A stretch of DNA of 26,901 nucleotides, from NCBI GenBank assembly GCA_977017575.1, contig CDRNVI010000133.1, forward strand, positions 1 to 26,901, in the 5' to 3' direction. This DNA is from Paramoeba atlantica. Taxonomy: Eukaryota > Protista > Discosea. The position numbers and the translations under genes were made by a program. The notes beneath the pieces were generated by a model. The model did no database searches. It was not told the DNA's origin and saw only the letters and a program-made list of their open reading frames with translations. Of the stretch, positions 23,054 to 26,901 are shown one piece after another. How positions within the stretch are numbered: position 1 is the first letter of the stretch; every line of letters begins with the position of its first letter.

Positions 23054-25072
23054 TTACTTATTTTTATATTTATTTATTAAAATTATAGCAATTAATATAA
23101 ATAATAATTCACTATTTAAATTATTTATAGGTAATATATAGAATATAATTAAACTAACAGATGAAATAATAAATAAGAACAAATAATTAAAAATATAACC
23201 TGTTGGGAAAAAATATTTATAATTAATACTTAAAGAATTTCATAATCTAACTAAACCTAAAGGCCCTATTAATTCTATAATACCTCTATCAATATTTTTA
23301 AATACTATATAGGATAATTTAATAAAACCTCCTAAAATTATTTTATTATAAATAGTATCCACATACCATTTATAAGAAAAAAAACTTGCAATATTATTAT
23401 ATCTTTTAAAATATAAATAATTATTACTTCTTAAAACTTTATATAAATAAGTATAATAATAATTTATTAAAAAAATAATTATTATACCAGACATACTAAA
23501 AAAAAAAGGAATATTTTTTATATATCAAGGTAAAAATTCTGATTCTAAAATTAAAATATTTCTAGTTGAAATTATATTTAATCAATTTAATCAAGTATCA
23601 TTACCTAATCCTATAAATAAATCTTTATTAATATAACCAAAAAATATACTATTTAAAGCTAATATAAATAAAGGTAAAGACATAAAAATATTAGATTCAT
23701 GTATTAATTCAAACATTTTTCTATAACCATTAGGTGATGTTATAAAAACATATACTAATAACCTAATACTATATAATGATGTAAACAAAGCTGCTATAAC
23801 ACTTAATCAATAAATAAAAGAACTATCTATTATATATGATATATAAGTAATTTCAATTATAACATCTTTAGAATAAAACCCTGTTAAAAAAGGTATACCC
23901 ATTAATGCTAAAGAACCTATTAACATCATAATATAACTATAAGGTAATAATTTAATTAACCCTCCATATTTTCTTATATCTTGTTCATCAGATAAAGCAT
24001 GTATAATAGCCCCCGCACTTAAAAATAATAATGCTTTAAAAAAAGCATGATTAGTTAAATGAAATAAACTTAGTGAATAATTTGATAACCCACATATAAA
24101 CACCATATAACCTAATTGACTACAAGTTGAATATGCTATAACCTTTTTTATATCATTTTGAAATAAACCTATAGTTGCTGCAAAAAAACTAGTTAAAACA
24201 CCAACTAAAGTTATAATTCATAAACCAATAGCTGAATATTCAACCATTGGTGATAATCTTATTAAAATAAATACTCCAGCTGTAACCATTGTTGCTGCAT
24301 GTATAAGAGCAGAAACTGGTGTTGGACCAGCCATAGCATCCGGTAATCAAGTATGTAAACCTAATTGTGCAGATTTTCCCATAGCTCCAATTAATATAAA
24401 AATAGTTATCAAAGTTATTGTATTAAAATAATTATTTATAAAATAAATATAATCAAATTGACACATATCACTTATTGCGAATATTATACTAAAATTTAAT
24501 GTTTTATATTCTAAATATATTAAACATATACCTAAACCAACTCCAATGTCACCTATTCTATTCATAATAATAGCTTTAATTGCAGCTTTGTTTGCATCTG
24601 CTATTGTAAATCAAAAATTAATTAATAAATAAGATACTAAACCAACACCTTCTCAACCTAAAAATAATTGTAATATATTATCAGCTGTAACTAACATTAA
24701 CATAAATCATGTAAATAATGATAAATAAGATACAAATCGAGAAGAAAAAGGATCATTATACATATAACCTATTGAATAAAAATGAACTAATAAAGATATT
24801 GTATTTACTACAATTAACATAACACCTGTTACAGGATCGAAAATAAATCCTCATGTTACATTAAATAAACCTATATTAAATCATGAAAATAATTTTAAAA
24901 AACATACAGAACCTTTTAATACAGTTTCATAAAAAATATAATATGATAACAACACTGTTAATAACATATTAAAATTCGCAATTATAAAACTACCTTTATT
25001 TCCTAATAAACGCCCAAAAAAACTTATAATTAAAAAACTTATTAATGGTAAATATAATACTAATAAATACAT
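23054..25072 (-). CDS. nad5: NADH dehydrogenase subunit 5 (672 aa, intact)
   Basis: [75 protein letters not shown] and FLTGFYSKD. Frame checked as continuous. Confidence 0.96.
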
Positions 25073-25091
25073 AAAAAGTATATAAAAAAAT

Positions 25092-25412
25092 TTAACCTTT
25101 TATAGTACTAATATAATCTATAGATATAATACCTCTTAATCTATAATAAATAACTATTAATCCTAAACCAATAGCTGATTCAGAAGCTGCTATAGTTAAT
25201 ATATATAAAGCAAATATCTGACCATATATATCATCTAAATATATTGATAAAAAAATAAATAATAAATTTACAGATGCTAAAATTAACTCTATAGACATTA
25301 TTATTATTATTATATTTCTACGTGTAATAAAAATACCCGCTATACCTATAATAAATAAACTAAAACTTAAAATAGGTATAAATGTTTCAAAAGGAATTAA
25401 GATATTAAACAT
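25092..25412 (-). CDS. nad4L: NADH dehydrogenase subunit 4L
   Basis: RRNIIIIIMSIELIL and TIAASESAIGLGLIV. Confidence 0.95.
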   Translation of the reverse strand: MFNILIPFETFIPILSFSLFIIGIAGIFITRRNIIIIIMSIELILASVNLLFIFLSIYLDDIYGQIFALYILTIAASESAIGLGLIVIYYRLRGIISIDYISTIKG

Positions 25413-25430
25413 TGTTAAAATAAATGTTTT

Positions 25431-26183
25431 TTAATGTCCAGCTTCGTAAGAATCTTTTAAATAAATAGAAACTAAAACAATAAATACATAAGCTTGTAAA
25501 AATGAAATACCAAACTCTAATAAAAAAATTACAGTTATTAATAATATTCCTAAAATACCTATAATATAATTAAATTTTAATATTTTTACAATAAAAAATA
25601 ATAAAATATGTATTAATGAATGTCCCGACATTAAATTTGCAAATAACCGTATAGATAAACTAAAACCTCTTGCAATATAAGAAATAACTTCGATACCTAT
25701 TAACATAGGTAATAAAATATTAGGAACACCTTTTGGTATAAATAACTGTATAAAATGTAATTTTTGTTTTAAAAAACCTATTATAGTTAATCCTATAACA
25801 GTAATTGATCCTAATAAAAATGTTAAAATTATATGACTTGTAATAGTAAAAGAACTTGGTACTAAACCAATAAAATTTGCTATTAATATAAAATAAAATA
25901 AGCTAGCTATATAAACAAAATATGGTTCACCTCTTTTACCTACTTGTGTAACTAAAACATTTAACGGAAATAAATATATAAAATTCTCATATATGTATTG
26001 TCATAACGATTTATAAACTAAATTTAATTTAGATAATAATACATTACTTGTTATAATATTTATTATAAAAAAAATAATAAATAAATATATAAATAAGTTT
26101 GTTATATAAAAATCACTAAAATAAAAATTTATATATAAAGAAAATATATCAAATTGATCTAATGGTTGAAAAAATTTATTCAT
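25431..26183 (-). CDS. atp6: ATP synthase subunit a (250 aa, intact)
   Basis: PLDQF, NFIGLVPSSFTITSH, FIPKGVP, IEVISYIARGFSLSIRLFAN (catalytic Arg) and LQAYVF. Confidence 0.95.
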
Positions 26184-26202
26184 AATATATAAAATAATTT
26201 TT

Positions 26203-26558
26203 TTACTCTCAGGTTAAAGCACCTTTTAATCATTCATATATGAAACCTATAGTTAATATAGTAATAAAAATCAATACTACTAAAAAACACTTGTTCCTAA
26301 AAAATTAACTAAAGTCAATCATGGAAATAAAAATATTATTTCTAAATCAAAAATTAAAAATAAAATAGATACTAAATAAAATCTTACATTAAAATTATGT
26401 CTAGTATCTTCAAAAGGGTGAAAACCACATTCATATGCTGAAACTTTTTCTATCTCAAATTTTGAATAAATAAGAAGTAAAATAATAGAAAATAATACTA
26501 AAGAAATAATCATACTTAATGATATAGAGATAATAATTATACTATATTCAAAATTCAT
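26203..26558 (-). CDS. nad3: NADH dehydrogenase subunit 3, one -1 frameshift at 26282-26287
   Basis: [34 protein letters not shown] and C-terminal GFIYEWLKGALTWE*. Confidence 0.94.
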
Positions 26559-26561
26559 ATA

Positions 26562-26900
26562 TTATTTTTTTATAGTAAAATATTTTTTAAAAATAAAATT
26601 TTTATAGTTTATTTGATTTAATAATTTAAATTTAATACTAAATATAAAATAATTATTAATATAAAAAGTATTTAAAAAATTATTATATAAATAACTATAT
26701 AAATTTGATATAGAATTTAATAATATATTTAAATTAATATTATAAAATAAAATTATAAATTTAAAATAATAATTTTGAAATGTAGATATTAAAATATTTT
26801 GAAATATTATATTTTTATATAAATAAAAAATATAATATAGTTTTAATAATTTTAAATAATATTGTTTATATATTTCATTTTTTTTTATAATTAAGAAATT
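26562..26900 (-). CDS. Possible 3' part of an unidentified mitochondrial ORF with one in-frame TAA (26805-26807)
   Basis: One frame is open from the window edge for 31 codons, then after a TAA for a further 80 codons, in very AT-rich DNA. No recognisable motif. Confidence 0.25.
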   Translation of the reverse strand, partial: NFLIIKKNEIYKQYYLKLLKLYYIFYLYKNIIFQNILISTFQNYYFKFIILFYNINLNILLNSISNLYSYLYNNFLNTFYINNYFIFSIKFKLLNQINYKNFIFKKYFTIKK

Positions 26901-26901
26901 A

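Overview
The window joins two unrelated genomes. Bases 1 to about 4503 are bacterial (gammaproteobacterial-like, standard code). They hold the 3' end of a probable class II glutamine amidotransferase, a translationally coupled GST-pncA-pncB operon and a large membrane-protein gene that appears disrupted and 5'-truncated. From about 4504 to the end the DNA becomes far more AT-rich and is a protist mitochondrial genome with every gene on the minus strand and UGA read as Trp (a tRNA-Trp(UCA) is encoded). It carries rnl, 17 tRNAs, atp9, cox1, cox3, cox2, atp1, rps4, rps2, nad2, nad4, nad1, nad11, nad6, nad5, nad4L, atp6 and nad3. The supplied ORF track used a code with UGA as stop, so it fragments these genes; I re-read them by hand. 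Thirteen of the 17 tRNAs have mismatches at acceptor-stem positions 1-3, the signature of Acanthamoeba-type 5' tRNA editing. This and the gene content point to an amoebozoan-like host (inference). Ten homopolymer frameshifts of both signs interrupt seven mitochondrial genes and are most likely sequencing errors. The simplest reading is a chimeric contig of an amoeba-associated bacterium and its host's mitochondrion; true integration is not excluded without read data.
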